Source of the DNA: Selaginella moellendorffii
Taxonomy: Eukaryota > Plantae > Lycopodiophyta
Assembly (NCBI RefSeq): GCF_000143415.4
Contig: NW_003314305.1
Coordinates: forward strand, 26,391 to 90,390
Reading direction: 5' to 3'
DNA length: 64,000 nt
The notes under the pieces are model-generated. The model was not told the DNA's origin, made no database searches, and saw nothing but the letters and a program-made list of their open reading frames with translations. Shown one piece after another: positions 62,325 to 64,000 of the stretch; within the stretch, counting starts at the first letter, position 1, and every line of letters starts with the position of its first letter. Both the position numbers and the translations under genes were made by a program.

Positions 62325-63961
62325 TTACCTGTCTGCCAGGATTTTTACGCCGACATACCTGTAGATCATACTCTCAGCAAATACTCCCAAAAGAAAAAGA
62401 AGTCAGTACCTGCCAAGCATCATAACTGTAGCCTGTGGATTTGTTCCAGGGGAAAACACGAAGGTAGAACCATCGACAACTCTCAGTCCTTGGGTGCCCA
62501 AAACTTTATAGTCGGAATCCACAACCTGGCCAACCACGCATCCACCGTGATAGTGCCAGATGGTTGCAACGTTTGTCACGCAATAGGTGGCTATGGTTGC
62601 GTTCAGAGTGGGCGCAAATGCTGGATTTCTCCGGTTGGGCGATCCAACTGTACCTCCCGATGGGAGAGGCTGAATGTCAAACACAAAAGGGCGGAACGCA
62701 TTTGTGAGAACGGCCTCCTCGACCCTGTTCACCCCTGCAACGCATGTCGCCAGGTCTTGGGGGTTTTGGAAATAGTTGAAGGTGACTATCGGATTGTCTC
62801 GGACATTCGTGGACCCCAAAACAAGCTTGCCTACAGATAAAGGCCCGGCGGCTTTCTGGAGTATGTACTCGACTGGCGCACCGGGTATAGCTGCTGCAGC
62901 AGCACCACTCGCAGCCTCGATGTAGGTGCCAAATGCTGCAGTGATTCCCACGGCTTGCACAAGTGACGACTCCACTGGGGAAGGCGAGAGTATAACAAGA
63001 CGGGTTGTGGGGTTGTCTCTCATTTGTTGTCCAACTCCAGTTGCGTTCAACACCACCTTGATGCCCATGGCTGTCAGATGGTCTGCTGGCCCGATTCCGC
63101 TCAGCAAGAGCAGCTGCGGGCTTCCTAGTGCACCTGCACACAAAATCACTTCACTCTTGGGGTGTCTGCTAAGAAGAGCCGTGTGCGGTAAGCCAAGGAA
63201 GTCTGTATACCGCACTCCATACGCTCGAAGCCCTGGATTTGGCGGTTAGAAACATTGTGAATATAAGTACGTAAAGACTGAACCTTTGAAAAGGATGAGC
63301 TCAACTTGTGCGTAGAGCAGAACGTCCAGGTTCGTACGATTGCCGTAAACAAACAGATTTGAAGCTGGCCGCCGGAACCCCTGGCTATCGAAATTCGTTC
63401 CCCCGGTTTGGGTTCCAACTTGAAAGTCGTAGCTGGCACCGTTGTCAGGAGTCACTCCTGCCTCGAGCAGGGACTGCCTGAACGCTCTCTGATATGGCCC
63501 AAGCTCTGGGAATGACGCCACAATTCTCTCCACCCACTGGAAGGACGCGTTAGCCAGGCTCCCATCGAGGCCCATGTCTGCTATGGTTTGAGGACTCGCT
63601 CGGTTGTAAAACCCGGCGTTGATTGAGCTTCCACCGCCCAGCACTCGAGCCCGGCCGTTTCTAACGCCATCCGTGGAAACGAATCCCTGGACGAGTGTGT
63701 TGCTGCCAAGTTGGTTTTCGTAAGTCAGTAAAAAGCTGTCTCGGCGTGTGGAGATTGGATCGGGGAAACCTCCGCGCTCCAGGACCAAAACCTTGAACCT
63801 CTGGGAGAGTGTGGCGGCTAATGGGCATCCAGCAGTTCCTCCTCCCACAATGATGTAGTCATAGGAGTTCCATTTGAGCTGCACAGATGGTTCACTCATA
63901 GGTGGGATGGCAGAGCTCGATTCCGGACTGATTGCTGGATAACAAGACCAAAAGAATTGAG
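62325..63961 (-). CDS. GMC oxidoreductase (HOTHEAD / mandelonitrile-lyase-like); 5' exon probably outside the window
   Basis: YDYIIVGGGTAGCPLAATLS; ARVLGGGSSINAGFY; TIWHYHGGC; PGTNPQATVMMLGRY. Confidence 0.93.
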
Positions 63962-64000
63962 CTACATACAACTCAAGAAAAATGTTAAAGTGATTTGTGT

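Overview
Eukaryotic nuclear DNA from a compact land-plant genome. Short (~45-70 nt) GT-AG introns, dense genes and a DYW-PPR gene point to a lycophyte such as Selaginella (inference). Bases ~1-43.5 kb are nested and decayed transposons plus broken host-gene copies. The main element is a chromovirus-type Ty3/Gypsy (7109-20974; LTRs, PBS, PPT, ATAAC TSD) inserted into a palindromic ~95-bp minisatellite. Its protease and N-terminal RT are replaced by a ~7-kb block carrying a nearly intact Sola-like DDD transposase, and its integrase core contains what looks like a true 47-nt spliceosomal intron. Removing this element in silico places a decayed GCM/MULE-type transposase (-) back-to-back with a decayed, intron-bearing gene of ParB/Srx-domain + beta-class N4C/N6A DNA methyltransferase architecture (+). 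The ORF track does not show that gene, and it is the most novel signal here. Also present: a solo LTR, a short-LTR Gypsy with a micro-inversion, integrase fragments (one with a captured RING-H2 gene piece), and damaged PQQ-dehydrogenase, SCPL and LON2 copies. Bases ~44-64 kb are an ordinary gene-dense block: polygalacturonase, Mei2-like, TTC1-like TPR, DYW-PPR, small coiled-coil gene, mitochondrial EF-G, LARP6, CNX2 and a GMC oxidoreductase. All family calls come from manual translation and motif recognition; no searches were run.
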